A stretch of DNA of 64,000 nt from the human T2T-CHM13v2.0 reference genome, Homo sapiens. A model generated the notes under the pieces. That model had not been told where the DNA came from and did not search any database. It saw only the letters and a list, made by a program, of their open reading frames with translations. This document shows, in pieces, positions 44,380 to 56,770 of the stretch; position 1 is the stretch's first letter, and the number at the start of each line of letters is the position of its first letter. A program made the position numbers and the translations under genes. The DNA is taken from assembly GCF_009914755.1 (NCBI RefSeq), contig NC_060930.1; one strand, 5' to 3'.

Positions 44380-44600
44380 AAGAGCTAATGGCTGCCATTT
44401 ATTTAACCTTGTTATGTGTGCAAGTCCCTTTCCTAAGCTTTTAAATTATATTTCTAACGGTTTAAACATCATAAAAATATTGTTAAGTGTAAACCCATTT
44501 TAATTTACACAAAATATGGTGCAGAGAGATTTAGTAATTTTCCCAAAGTTACAGTAGTAGTACCTGAAGAACCAAGAATTTGAGACTCTTTTTAACTATG
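44380..44600 (-). mobile_element. MIR
   Basis: gcagagagatttagtaattttcccaaagttacag. Confidence 0.65.
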
Positions 44601-46254
44601 AGATTATTTTTATTAATAAAAGTGCTTATTCACATATGTATGATTTTAAGATGAAATAATGAATACTACAGGATAGTACAGTTTAATTGAAAATTATTTT
44701 TAAAAACCATTCTTGTTTACAAGAGAAATAGCAATAGAAGGTTTTCCATAAGTAAAACACAAAAATAAAGCCTTTGAGTTCTTTGTAAACCACAGGTGTA
44801 CATAAAATCGAAGATTATGTTTTCCTATATTGGAGTCAAAGATTTTGTTAAGTGACTTGAGATTTTATCACTATTTTGGGAATGCAAAGGGAGGAGAATA
44901 CTGGGAAATAAAATATATGTTCATAAAACACTTTTTATTCTCTGAATTTTAAACCTACTTGCTTTGTAATTGGGTAACTGTGATAATCAAAGCCTCTAGC
45001 ACCAATAACACTTTCCAGAAGCAAATCTTCTTGTGGTACATATTGATCATGTTTCTCATTATGTTGCCTTATTTAAAGTGAATATTTTCCCCTCTCATGT
45101 TTACATTAATGGCTTCCATAACTATCAACAACCACAAACTACAACTGTGTAAAATGTCCTATGGACAGTAAAGTTAATTTACACTGATGTCTCGTTTTGT
45201 TAATCCAAAATATCTTTTTCTTAAATGAATTCACTGCATGAAAATTCTTATATTACCTTCTTAATAAAACATTAAAACTCATTCACAAAATCTTTACATA
45301 GAATTTTCTCAAAGACAGCATAAAAAGATTTTTGTCAAAATTGCTGAAAAAATTTGCATTTTGGCATCTAATTGAAATATCTGTAAATATATTTCATTTC
45401 AAATGTTTCTATTGCTCTAATTTAAATGCATATGAAATTACATTAATAGCATAAAGTTAATGCCTGATATTGGACACTGTAATTAGCTAAATTCAATTTA
45501 GTTATAAAAATTACTCCTAGACATATATAGATTTTTTCCCTATTTTTTGAGCAAAGTATACAGATATACAGAGTAGAATAAAGGATTCGGGGAGAGGAAT
45601 AGATGATTTAGGAGTAGGCGCTGACAAGGACCATTCCCACTAGACTATAAGCTTCACAGAAGTGGGTGCCATGTTTGCCTTTCCTCTGACTCTATCTTCA
45701 TAATCCTGCTCTCACTAAATATCTGTTGAATAAGCAACTCACCAAATAAATGACATGTGGCTTAAGTCTACACCTAAACTGTTTAATGAAAATTTCAAAT
45801 ATGTCCTACATTTTCAAAGGACAGTTTTTTAATTTATTTACTTTTGCTTATTTGCTTTTGTCAACCATCATCCTTCCATCTCTAATCCCTGCCCCAAGTA
45901 TGATTCTCTTCTCTATACCTCTCCCTTACCCCTGATATCTGCTTCCTGACCTTGTGCTTGCTACATACTACGATGTGCTGTCCTCAAATGTTTTGTGGAT
46001 ACCTCTATACCTTGGATTATATTGCAAAGGTTGTCTATCCTTAGCACTTTAGCTGGCTGAGATTATCTACCTGCACACACCACACATGCACACACTCACA
46101 CACAGATGCACACCTTGATCTCTATGGAAACAATCAATACTATTAACAGTAATCATTTACTGTTTACTAAGTATTATTTAGCAAGTATACTTGTATAATA
46201 AGTATATATACTTGCATTGCATAGTACTATGTAAAGTAAATATGAAAGTGTTAC

Positions 46255-46480
46255 ATAGTAAGTATTTACTGAGTGATTAAGACTTGCAAATTATATGAAA
46301 TGATGATTAAGGCCTCACAACATTATGAGGTAAAAACTATTCACAGACTGCAGCCAACACACCTGAGGCTCAGAGCAGCTGAGTAATTATTTGAGATAAC
46401 GCAGCTGGTGAGTGGTTGAACTGTATTTGAAACACAGGCAGTGCAATTTCAAAACTAATGTGCTTAGCCCTGACTTAGGC
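46255..46480 (-). mobile_element. MIR
   Basis: ctgaggctcagagcagctgagtaattatttgagataacgcagctggtgagtgg. Confidence 0.7.
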
Positions 46481-46822
46481 TATCTACTGTCAGGAAGAAT
46501 TTCTGTGCCAAAATTGGACTCTGCTTCTTTGAGAGCTGGTTATCTTTGCATAATAAACCTTTTGTAGTTTCCATATCAGATTACAATCTTTATAAACATT
46601 AAATAATTGTTTAATGATTGACTAAATAAATATTAAACTTATCTCTTTGACATAGACGGCTAGCTTGGGATATGGATTATGTTTGTCGAGTTAATGTGTG
46701 TATTCTGGAAATAGAAAAGAAAGTAAGAGGAGATGAAAAATCTAAAGTTTGATACTTCAAAATCATTCTTCTTTACTTCTTGAAACATTATTTTAGACGA
46801 GTATTATTATTTGTATATTTAT

Positions 46823-47142
46823 TTATTTTTAATATTTATTTATTTATTTTTTGAGATGAAGTCTCACTTTGTCTCCCAGGCTGGAGTGCAGTGGTGCTAT
46901 CTCTGCTCACTACAACCGCCACAACCGCCCCCTCCTGGGTTCAAGAGATTCTCCTGCTTCAGCCTCCTGAGTAGCTGGGATTACAGGTGCATGCCACCAC
47001 ACCCGGCTAATTTTTTTGTATTTTTAGGAGAGAGAGTGTTTCACCATGTTGGTCAGGCTGGTCTCAAACTCCTGACCTCATGATCCACCCGCCTCAGCCT
47101 CCCAAAGTGCTGGGATTACAGGAATGAGCCACTGCGCCCGGC
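46823..47142 (-). mobile_element. AluS (Sg/Sx-like) with an internal 9-bp tandem duplication
   Basis: 17-bp TSD attatttgtatatttat (46806-46822, 47143-47159); acaaccgcc twice at 46912-46929. Confidence 0.96.
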
Positions 47143-47159
47143 ATTATTTGTATATTTAT

Positions 47160-47290
47160 AAGATATATAGCAATGAGGAAACTAGGATTCAAAGAACTTA
47201 AGTAGCTTACTGTATACCATTTCTAGTAAGTGGCAAGGCCAACATTGAAAAGCAAGCCTGCCTGGCTCCAAAATCAGTGCTCTTAATCCA
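47160..47290 (-). mobile_element. MIR fragment next to the Alu
   Basis: atgaggaaactaggattcaaagaacttaagtagcttac...tagtaagtggca. Confidence 0.75.
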
Positions 47291-48039
47291 ATTTAATCTA
47301 TAAATGTTACCAGGAGACCTGGCATCCTCTCTTGAGGTTTCAACTCTATCCATGAGTAACTAAGATAACGTGGTTTGAGTTCTTGTTTTACTTTTCATGG
47401 GTTTCATAATTCTGAGTGGTCATTTCAAACCATTGCAGTGACTGACTTACTGAGAAAATTAAGGAGTTAGAAGTAAAGCTATCTAAAATCCATACTTGAA
47501 CTAGAGGACTACTGATCTGAAATTTAACAACTCTTTTGTACAATTATAATTGATTCCAACTGGAATATCTTCAGTTTAGAATTTGTAATATACTGTACAA
47601 ACTGCCTAAAAACATTAGTTATCGTCATGACTGCAAATTCTGTAAAACAAATCAATAAACAAAAGAGATGCTGACTTATAGAGAAAGTTACCAGCTATTA
47701 ATAGCTCACCTGGGTATACAAACCAACACTCAGATTTGCATGATACAACCTTGAAGAAAAACTGGGTGTGCTAGTTAATAGTCTCCCTTATGACTATGAT
47801 TTTCCAATATGTAAGTTATTTTATCCTTCAAAGGGATATTATATCTTCTATTTTTTAGAACCTATTCTCTCAAGCACAGTGGCCAAGAATTGATGCATGG
47901 TCCCTTAGAGAATTCCATGATATTTAGCTCTTCTGGGGAGAGATGGCATTTCAGGTTCAGGATGATTCATCTCTTGGTTGATATGTCAAGTTTTCCTTTG
48001 GGATGTTAGTTGTTGCAAGGCATATGATGGAGTTATCAC

Positions 48040-48076
48040 TGGTGGAACAAAACCAGTGGATGGTGGAACAAAACCA
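48040..48076. repeat. 16-bp direct repeat, 21-bp period
   Basis: tggtggaacaaaacca-gtgga-tggtggaacaaaacca. Confidence 0.9.
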
Positions 48077-49639
48077 ATTTTGTCAGAGGAAACAAAACCC
48101 TGGAGCTGGGTTAGAGTCAGACTGCTCCTTTAGAGCAGCTAAGTGAAAGAATTGGCATGTGTCCAAACACCCTATTAGGCAAAATCTTCTGAATTTTAGA
48201 TACATGCTGCTTTCCAACATTCTGGTATACTCCATGTGGAGAGTCAATGATCCCCTGCTGGCATAGAGAGCCTTATCATCCTGGTAATTAGTGAAACCAT
48301 TAGGGGTTTTATTGATCAACAAACCAATGGGAATGCCCAAAACTTGTCCTCAATCCCAGCCATTTTTCAGGATTCACTCACACTCTATGTAGGATACTAT
48401 GTTTCACATGTGTGCTGCCCATCTATGTAACTCTTTAACAGAGGTTAATAAATATAAGAAAGGATTTTTGCACTTCAGGATTTATTCACCTATTTGGAGA
48501 AGACTCAGCCACATGGGAGGCCCCTAGCCGTGAACTTAGGTAACATGGCAGCCATTGCTCAGAAGGAAGATTAGGTTCAGTATTCATTATTATTAGATGC
48601 CCACCACAGCCAGCTTTAGGCAATCAAATTAAGGAACCATAAAATGCTAAGAAACGAGCACAGACTAGATTCTAAATCCTAGCTATGATTCATGAATCAC
48701 ATTAATTTCGCGAGTTTGCCTGTGATTTAGTTTCACATAGAATATCTTCCCTTCGTAAATCTAAACCCATGGCTTTTCAGGGTTTAAAGAAATCCTCCAA
48801 GAGGGACTGTCCAGAATAAAAATACTGCCATTACCCCAGTGCCCTTGACACTGCCTTGAGTTTCAGTTCCCCTATAACCATCTCACTTCCTTTCCCATAG
48901 CCATGCTAGGCCTGGCCCTGAGAAGGATGCTTATATACCTCGGGCCCAATTTCCAACCCAATTCCTTAGCAGAGCTGAAACAGCCACAATTTTTCAAAAA
49001 GGATTTCAATAAAATCAGAGGAAAAAAAATTTAAATAAAGAAAATGTAATAGCATAAAACAGTCCAGTAAATGAAAAACATGTTTCTTTCTATATTATCA
49101 CTGTCTCATATCACTTATTAGCATTGAAACCAAGTACAGGGCTCCTTCCAATAATTCAGATTATTTCTCAAGATGTTGGTCTAATAATGGATTATTTTGA
49201 GGAGATGGCATTCTTTTTTTACTATTACTTGAGGCAGCCTACTAATTAATTCTAATTTATATTTGTTCATTGCTATCTCAGTTATGTTTTTTTCTTCCAT
49301 AGGGTCATTCTGTATATAAGCAGAGTGATTAGAAGCCTGAGAACTACAGCTGAGGACTGCTGCTAACCAGATATATCTCTACCACTGGCTATGTACAGTG
49401 CCTAATATTTCTCAACTTTTTACTTAGCATAAGGTATTTAAATCTTTTGATGAAATGTAATACATAATTTGTTATTTCTCATTGAGCCCTTGGTGAAAGT
49501 GAATAATAAACATGAGAAGACAGGATAAATTTGCAAGAAATTAAAAAATGTTCTTGATTGTTAGATGCCAAATTAAAAATCCATTTTAGTTGTGCCATAA
49601 ACTCAAAATGCAGAACCAAATTAAAAAAAATCAAGAAAT

Positions 49640-50510
49640 ATTGGGATAATAAATTAAAAGTATGTGCTCTAGGAATTTAGATTTCAGAACTGATGGTACA
49701 ATTTTAGTACAGAGGGTCATGAATTGTTAGTAATCTCATAGACAGCAAGCTGCAAGTGTGTATAGGTTCAGCATGAGTCAACAGTGTGAAGCAAGGCTAA
49801 GAAAGAAAATATTTCAGGGCAGTGATCACTCCACTAAATTCTGCACTGGGCAGGCCACACCTAAGTCCTTGATTTTTAAAGCCACATTATTAGTGTTAGA
49901 TGATGGAATGACCTACAGAATGATGACAGAATTAGTGAAGGGTTCAGAAACTCTTCAGTGTTGCAGATTAAAGAAACTCCAGAAGTAGAGTCAGAAAGAT
50001 TAGGTTTGAAACCCTTTTATTTTAAATGAGAGTTAAGGAGTTTAGGGCAAGTTACTTTGTCCCCTTAAGGCCCAATTTCCTCACCTATAAAAAAGATATA
50101 ATAATACTACCCCCTCCATAAAGTTGCGTAAGTTAAATAAGATCATTTATGCTAATGCATTTATGTAAGTTGTAACATGCTATGCAAATTTTATATGAGA
50201 AATAGTTGATCTGGTTCTGAACATCTAAAAACAATACTGTGGAAGAGAGAGAAGCTCATTACTTATGATTTCATATGATAGAAGCAGGAGTAAATGTAAA
50301 AGTGAAGTACATTAGGCTTAACGAATGAGAGAACATAATGACTAATGTGTCAACAACATTGTTGGTTGCCTCAAGAAGTAGTAAGCTTCCTATCTTAGGA
50401 GAAATTGAGGAAGAAATTAGACAAACAGCTTGATGGGGTAGTTGTAAAATAATTTGCCAAATGGCCATAAGTACTCTTCCTGGTGAAAGACTTCACCAAT
50501 CCAGGAATAT
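49640..50510 (+). mobile_element. L3/CR1 3' fragment, interrupted by a MIR (~49985-50195)
   Basis: agcatgagtcaacagtgtga, tctgcactgggcaggccacacct; MIR core gggcaagttactt...tttcctcacctataaaa. Confidence 0.7.
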
Positions 50511-50563
50511 TTTGCTGGAATTCCAATATGCATTTCTACACCACTCAGTTGAGGACAACTGAA

Positions 50564-50860
50564 TTTTTTTTCTTTTCTGAGAAAGGGTCTTACTCTGTCA
50601 CTCAGGCTGGAATGCAGTGGCACAATCTCAACTCATTGCAACCTCTGCTTCCCAGGTTCAAGCAACTCTCATGCCTCAGCCTCCTGAGTAACTGGAATTA
50701 CAGGCACGTGCCACCACACCTGGCTAATTTTTGTATTTTTAGTAGAGGTGGGGTTTTACCATATTGGCCAGGATAGTCTCAAACTCCTGACCTCAACTGA
50801 TCCACCTGTCTCAGCCTACGAAAGTGCTGGGATTACAGGCATGAGCCACCACACCCAGCT
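50564..50860 (-). mobile_element. Alu (AluSx/Jb age)
   Basis: Both arms; TSD-like gacaactg(t)aa..ttt at ~50554 and 50861. Confidence 0.95.
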
Positions 50861-50896
50861 GACAACTGTAAATTTAATAACTAGTTATAACCCTGC

Positions 50897-53002
50897 TGAT
50901 ACGGTTTGGCTGTGTCCTCACACAAATCTCATCTTGAATTCCTATCTGTTGTGGGAGGTACCTGGTGGGAGATAATTGAATCATGGGAGCAGGTCTTTCC
51001 TGTGCTGTTCTCGTGATAGCAAATAAGTCTCACGAGATCTAATGGTTTTATAATGGGGAGTTTCCCCGCACAAATGTTCTCTCTTTGCCTGCCGCCATCC
51101 ATCTAAGATGTGACTTGCTCCTGCTTGCCTTCTGCCATGATTGTGAGGCCTCCCCAGCCACATGGAACTTTAAGCCCATCAAACCTCTTTCTTTTGTAAA
51201 TTGCCCAATCTTGGGTATCCCTTTATCAGCCACGTGAAAATGAACTAATTGGTACCAGGAGTGAGGTGCTGCTGAAAAGATACCCAAAAATGTGGAAGTG
51301 ACTTTGGAACTGTGTAACAGGCAGAGGTTGGAACAGTTTGGACCACCCAGAAGAAGGCAAGAAAATGTGGGAAAATGTGGAATTCCTTAGAGACTTGTTG
51401 AATGGCTTTTATCAAAGTGCTGATAGTGATACGAACAATGCAATCTAGGCTGAGCTGGTCTCAGACGGAGATGAGGAATTTGTTGGGAACCAGATCAAAG
51501 GTGACTCTTGTTATGGTTTAGCAAAGAGACTGGTGGCATTTTCCCCCTGCCCTAGAGATTTGTGGAACTTTGAACTTGAGAAAGATGATTTCGGGTGTCT
51601 GGTGGAAGAAAGTTTTAAGCAGCAAAGCATTCAAAATGTGACTTGGGTGCTGTTAAAGGCATTCAGCTTTATAAGGGAAGTAAAGAATAAAAGTTCAAAA
51701 TTTTGCAGCCTGACAATGTGATAGAAAAGAAAATCCCATTTTCTGAGGAGAAATTCAAGCTGGCTGCAGAAATTTGCATAAGTAATGAGGAACCAAATGT
51801 TAATCCCCAAGACAATGGGGAAATGTCTCCAGGCCATGTCCAAGGTATTCATGGAAGCCCCTCCCATCACAGGCCTGGAGACCCAGGGGGAAAACTTGGT
51901 TTCATGGGCTGGGCCCAGGGTCTCTTGCTGTGTGCAGCTTAGGGACTTGGTGCCCTGCATCCCAGTAGCTCCAGCCATGGTTGAAAGGAGTCAATGCAGT
52001 GTTCAGGTTATGGCTTCAGAGGGGGCAAGTCCCAAGTCTTGGAACCTTCCATATGGTGTTGAGCCTGCGGTGCACAGATGTCAAGAATTGAGGTTTGAGA
52101 ACCTCCACCTAGATTTCAGAAGATGTATGGAATCTCCTGGATGCCCAGGCAGAAGTTTGCTGTGGGGGTGGGTCCCTCATAGAGAACCTCTGCTAGGGCA
52201 GTGTGGAAGGGAAATGTGGGGTCAGAGCCCCCACACAGAGTCCTTACTGGGGCACTGCCTAGTAGAGCTATGAGAAGAAGGCCACTGTCCTCCAGACCTC
52301 AGAATGGTAGATCCACTGACAGCTTGCAACATGTGCCTGGAAAAGCCGCAGAGTCTCAACGCCAGCCTGTGAAAGCAGCTGGAAGGGAGGCTGCACTCTG
52401 CAAAGTCACAGGGGCGGAGCTGCCCAAGACCATGGGAACCCACCTCTTGCATCAGCATGACCTGGATATGAGACATGGGATCGAAGGAGATCATTTTGGA
52501 ACTTTAAGATTTGACTGCCCTGCTGGATTTCAGACTAGCATGGGGCCTGTAACTCCTTTGTTTTGGTCTTTTTTTTTTTCATTTGAAATGGCTGTATTTA
52601 CCCAATGCCAATACCTCCATTGTATCTAGCAAGCAACTAACTTGCTTTTGATTTTACAGGCTTAAAGGCAGAAGGGACTTGCCTTGTCTTAGATGAGACT
52701 TTGAGTTAATGCTGAAATGAGTTAAGACTTTGGGGGACTGTTGGGAAGGCATGATTGGTTTTGAAATATGAAGACAGGAGATTTGGAGTGGCCAGGGGTG
52801 GAATGCTACGGTTTGGCTCTGTGTCCCCACTCAAATCTCATCTTGAATTCTCACATGTTGTGGGAGGTATCTGGTGGAGGTAACTGAATCATGGGGGCAG
52901 GCCTTTCCTGTGCTGTTCTCATGATTGTGAATAAGTCTCACAAGATCTGATGATTTTATAAGGGGGAGTTTCCCTGCACAAGCTCTTTCTCTTTCTTGTT
53001 GC
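50897..53002 (+). mobile_element. THE1A MaLR: 5' LTR 50897-51249, internal region, 3' LTR 52804-~53002 (3' half missing)
   Basis: THE1A-type ccatccatctaagatgtgacttgctc and ttttgtaaattgccca; internal region colinear with the THE1D-int at 20795-22346. Confidence 0.93.
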
Positions 53003-53342
53003 ACGCTAGTTGCATACTTTTCATGTTAAACCATGGATGGGGCAAGAAGAAACAACATTTTTCAAAAGACAGATCTTACCCACTCCCAATATAATGTAGA
53101 TAATCATTGGACAACAAGTCCAAAATTGTGTCTGAAATGTTGCTCTACATTTTTCATGCATGCACAACACATTCTAACTCTAGCCCCTATGATAGTGCTT
53201 AGAAAAACAGGATAACACGGACCCGTACGATAAGAGTAAAGTCAGTCAACACATGCAACAGCAAGCAGAGTAGGTGGGAAAGAAATTTTATGCCACCCAG
53301 CAAATAATCACCCTGGGAAATTCACAGCTTTAAAAATCTTAC

Positions 53343-53405
53343 CTGGCACTTTAAAGAGAAAAATAGCCCAATCTCCCTTCTGACAAACCATATCAGTGAT
53401 TCTAT
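53343..53405 (-). other. Candidate 63-nt exon (unverified)
   Basis: Acceptor ttttattcctcttctattttcag|A and donor CAG|GTAAGA on the minus strand. Confidence 0.35.
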
Positions 53406-54119
53406 CTGAAAATAGAAGAGGAATAAAATCTCATACTTTAGAAAATAAACTTAACACTGAAGGGATTAAGAAGATATTTTTTCCTTTTTATCACCCAGTA
53501 GCACTTGACAATTGGCTAAAAGCAGAGGAGGCGGCACTTGGGGATTCTTTGCTTTCTTTTTGGCACATCAACAGTAGTTCGATAATGGCTTTGATAGACA
53601 AGGGTCCTAAAAAAGGAAGAGCAAATGCCAGCTTCCTTAATCTGAAGTTGTTAAGCAAGATGCAGACAGTTTATTCTCCTTGGTTACTGGGATTCTTACT
53701 TATAGAATATGTGAACGTAAATAAATGCACTCTCAATATTCTCTAAATAACAGATGGATAGTCATTTGGGGTAAAGAAGGTTATTTCTTTATATGCACAC
53801 GCTCACACGCACAAAATCTATTTTACTAGCCAGGTTTCTCTTTCTGTCAACTCATTTCTAGTTTGGTGGAGCAATGAGAAGAATTGCATTAAGAATAAAT
53901 CTTTAATCATCTCCAGGTCTATTTAGAAGCCAATCTGTGAGCCCTCTAACAGCAAAATTGTTGAGGTGAGCACAGTCTATTCCCTCACTCAGTGATAATT
54001 TGTAGTGGATAAAGTGCTGAAGGGGAAATCCATGCATTCTTGTGAGTTAGTCTCTATTTTAATAGTGCAGGACAATGAAATAGCAACAGATGGCCATTGT
54101 AAATCTTTCTGTTTTTCAG

Positions 54120-54264
54120 ATTCAGCTTCCAAAGGGTGAAAATAATAAAAGAATTTGAAGCTCAAGTGAGAGAGGTTATAGTTTTGGAAACTCTATCTTG
54201 TACAAGAAAATGATGATCTTCTAGAAACTCTGATGAGGAGCCACAACCAAATAGACTGTTACAG
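54120..54264 (+). other. Candidate 145-nt non-coding exon (unverified)
   Basis: Acceptor tctttctgtttttcag|A and donor CAG|GTAAGA; stops in all three frames. Confidence 0.35.
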
Positions 54265-55159
54265 GTAAGAGAGAATTTTTTCAAGTTGCCGATGTAGATC
54301 TGCAAGGTCATGTGTGCTAGTGTATTTGTTGAGGAAAGCAAGGCTTGTTAAATAGGCATACATGGACAAATGCGTTAAGAAAAATTTATGGGACAAGGAA
54401 GGAATGAGTGAAAGGTTTAAAAACATCTTTTCCAATAGTTGCTACATAGCCAGACATTACTTATTGATAGGCATAGTCAACAAGACTCACATGGGCACAG
54501 GTGGAGCCGTTCCTGGAAACTAGAGGATGTACTATGCTTATCTCTCTGTTTGCGTCTATGTCCCATTCCAAATACTTAAGTGGAGGCTGGCCTCTTGACT
54601 AGGTAAAAGTGGAGAAAGCATTCAGAAAACCTCTCTGTATACTGACTTATTGAAGAAAATAAAAAGTTATTATACTACACAGGAGAAATACTCCAAGAAT
54701 GTAGTAGGTATGGTGATAAAAAAGTTTCTGAAGAGGCAGAGGAGAGTTTAATTTATAAAAACAGAAAAAGCATTAGAAGGTTGGCATGAAACAGAGGAGA
54801 AATGAAAAGCGTAGGAGCAATTTCCCAGATAAATAATAAGTGTAAGGACCTTTTCCTAGAGGGTTAAGTAGGGTGTTTTACAAAATAGCAATAAACAATA
54901 ATAAAATTTATGAGCATTACCAGATGCACAAACATAGCTACAATTCCGGCAAGAAATGATGGTGTCTTTGTGTCTGGTAACTTTCTGCTGAGGCATATGG
55001 TGACAGCCATATGGGGAGATGGCATGGCTAATTGGCTCTTATGCTGTCTTTCTGGAGTGTGAATCCAAGACATGACAGAAATCTTGCCCAGAGTCATCAA
55101 CCTCACTCCTCTCTACTTCTATTGGTCCATGTTTGGATGAAGGATCGGGTCACAAAAAC

Positions 55160-55395
55160 ACATTTATCCTTTCAAGGTATATTTATTGAGTGACACTGTG
55201 CTAGCGGAGGCAACAGCACACATAGCACAGCTTTGTTCTCATGGGGTCTACACTCTTGTAGTTAGACAAGCATTTAGTCAATAACCACCTAGTGTTGTTA
55301 TTGCTGAGATAGAGAAGTAAAGGGTGCCATAAGGAGATGTGTCTTTCCCTGAAGAGGAAATAGCATGAACTAAAGTCTGTAGATAAAAAAGAGGC
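55160..55395 (-). mobile_element. L2 3' fragment
   Basis: tatttattgagtgacactgtgctag...tttgttctcatggggtctacactcttgta. Confidence 0.65.
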
Positions 55396-55789
55396 AACTA
55401 AAAATAGTCAGCCAAAATGGTGCATCTCTAATAATCTTGACAACCTTGACTTAAAAATCACTTTAATATTTCAAGGAAAATATGAAACAGGAACCAATTC
55501 CATCCTCAACAAAATGAGGAAATATATGTAAATACAAAACACAATATATAATGATGGAAAACATTTTGATTATAATTGTCTGAAAAGAGACAGTCAAACC
55601 TCAGCATCCACAGAGGAAGAATCAAATGAGCTGCCAGATAAGTCATCCTGGAGAACCCTGTCAGAGATGTGAGGGATCTAGGAACGTGAGGTGCAGTAGG
55701 GTGATTGAAAACGGGATTCCTGCATAAGAATGGGATTCTATATAAGAATCATTTAAGCCTCCTCAGTACCCAAGTTACTACCACAGTGT

Positions 55790-56140
55790 ATGTTTTAAAG
55801 AAAACATACCAGAGAAAATCCCAACTCCCAGGAAATATGATAAAACCTGGGGAAAGAAAAAATAGAAATAAATGAAATAGAATAAATAAACAGAATAAAT
55901 GTTTGCAGGATAGCAAGCATTTGACTGATAGGAGTTTCATAAGAAAGCAACAGAGGTTGAAGGTGGTGGTATTATTTAAAAGAAGAGAAAAACTTCCCTG
56001 GCCTGGGAAATAGAAGTTTCCTGATTGAATGGACTCACTGAATGCCCAGTACAATGAACAAAAAATAACTCACAGCAAATCATATCTTATGGAAATCTTG
56101 ACATACCCAGGCTAGAGAGACAATCTTAAAAGCTTACAGA
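55790..56140 (+). mobile_element. HAL1 / L1 ORF1 fragment
   Basis: gattgaatggactcactgaatgcccagtacaatgaa...aatcttaaaagcttacaga. Confidence 0.6.
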
Positions 56141-56624
56141 ATAAAATTAATAACATAATTCAGGACATTGCCAAATATTTATTTCAAAGTAGATTTCAAA
56201 GTCATACTAGAATAAGAGCCTCTTAAAAGGAAACACAGCTCAACATGGTAGAAAGCATTACATTTTTTATTATACAATTCACCGTGAGGAAATAAATAAA
56301 ATAAATGGTGTGAATTCACAGTAAGTTTACATATGAGTTAGGATTGTAAAAGGCAGTTAATTATATAAAAAAGAAACACCTTAATTAGGGGAAAAAATAA
56401 AAGCAAGGAATGTCACAAAATATTAAGAACATCAGGAAAGGTTGGCCATAAATTAGGTAAGACTTGTTAAAAAGTGTTAAGAAAAAGTGAAAGTTCAGAT
56501 TAATCTGTGATGGGAGCAAGCAGAAAGGATATGTACATACTATTCTGATTTTGGAAATAAACCTTGCTGTCTGAAAATAAGGTTTGATAAATGAAAACAA
56601 AGAAGTCCATTTTTCAAAACGAGA

Positions 56625-56770
56625 AACCTACTCTGTATGTCAGTTAATTTCCTCATTTGTAAAACAAGGGTAGTTCATATGATGGTTGTAGGAATTAAAT
56701 GAATGCATATAAAACATTTATAAAAATATCTGGCATACAGTAAACAATTGATGAGGTTAGTAATCACTTA
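56625..56770 (+). mobile_element. MIR
   Basis: tttcctcatttgtaaaacaaggg...gaattaaatga...tctggcatacagtaaac. Confidence 0.75.

Noticed and set aside
51533-52629. Longest ORFs (142 and 162 aa) and their homologues at 21533-22113
   Set aside because: Frameshifted pieces of the THE1 internal ORF; the similarity between the two clusters is repeat homology, not gene duplication
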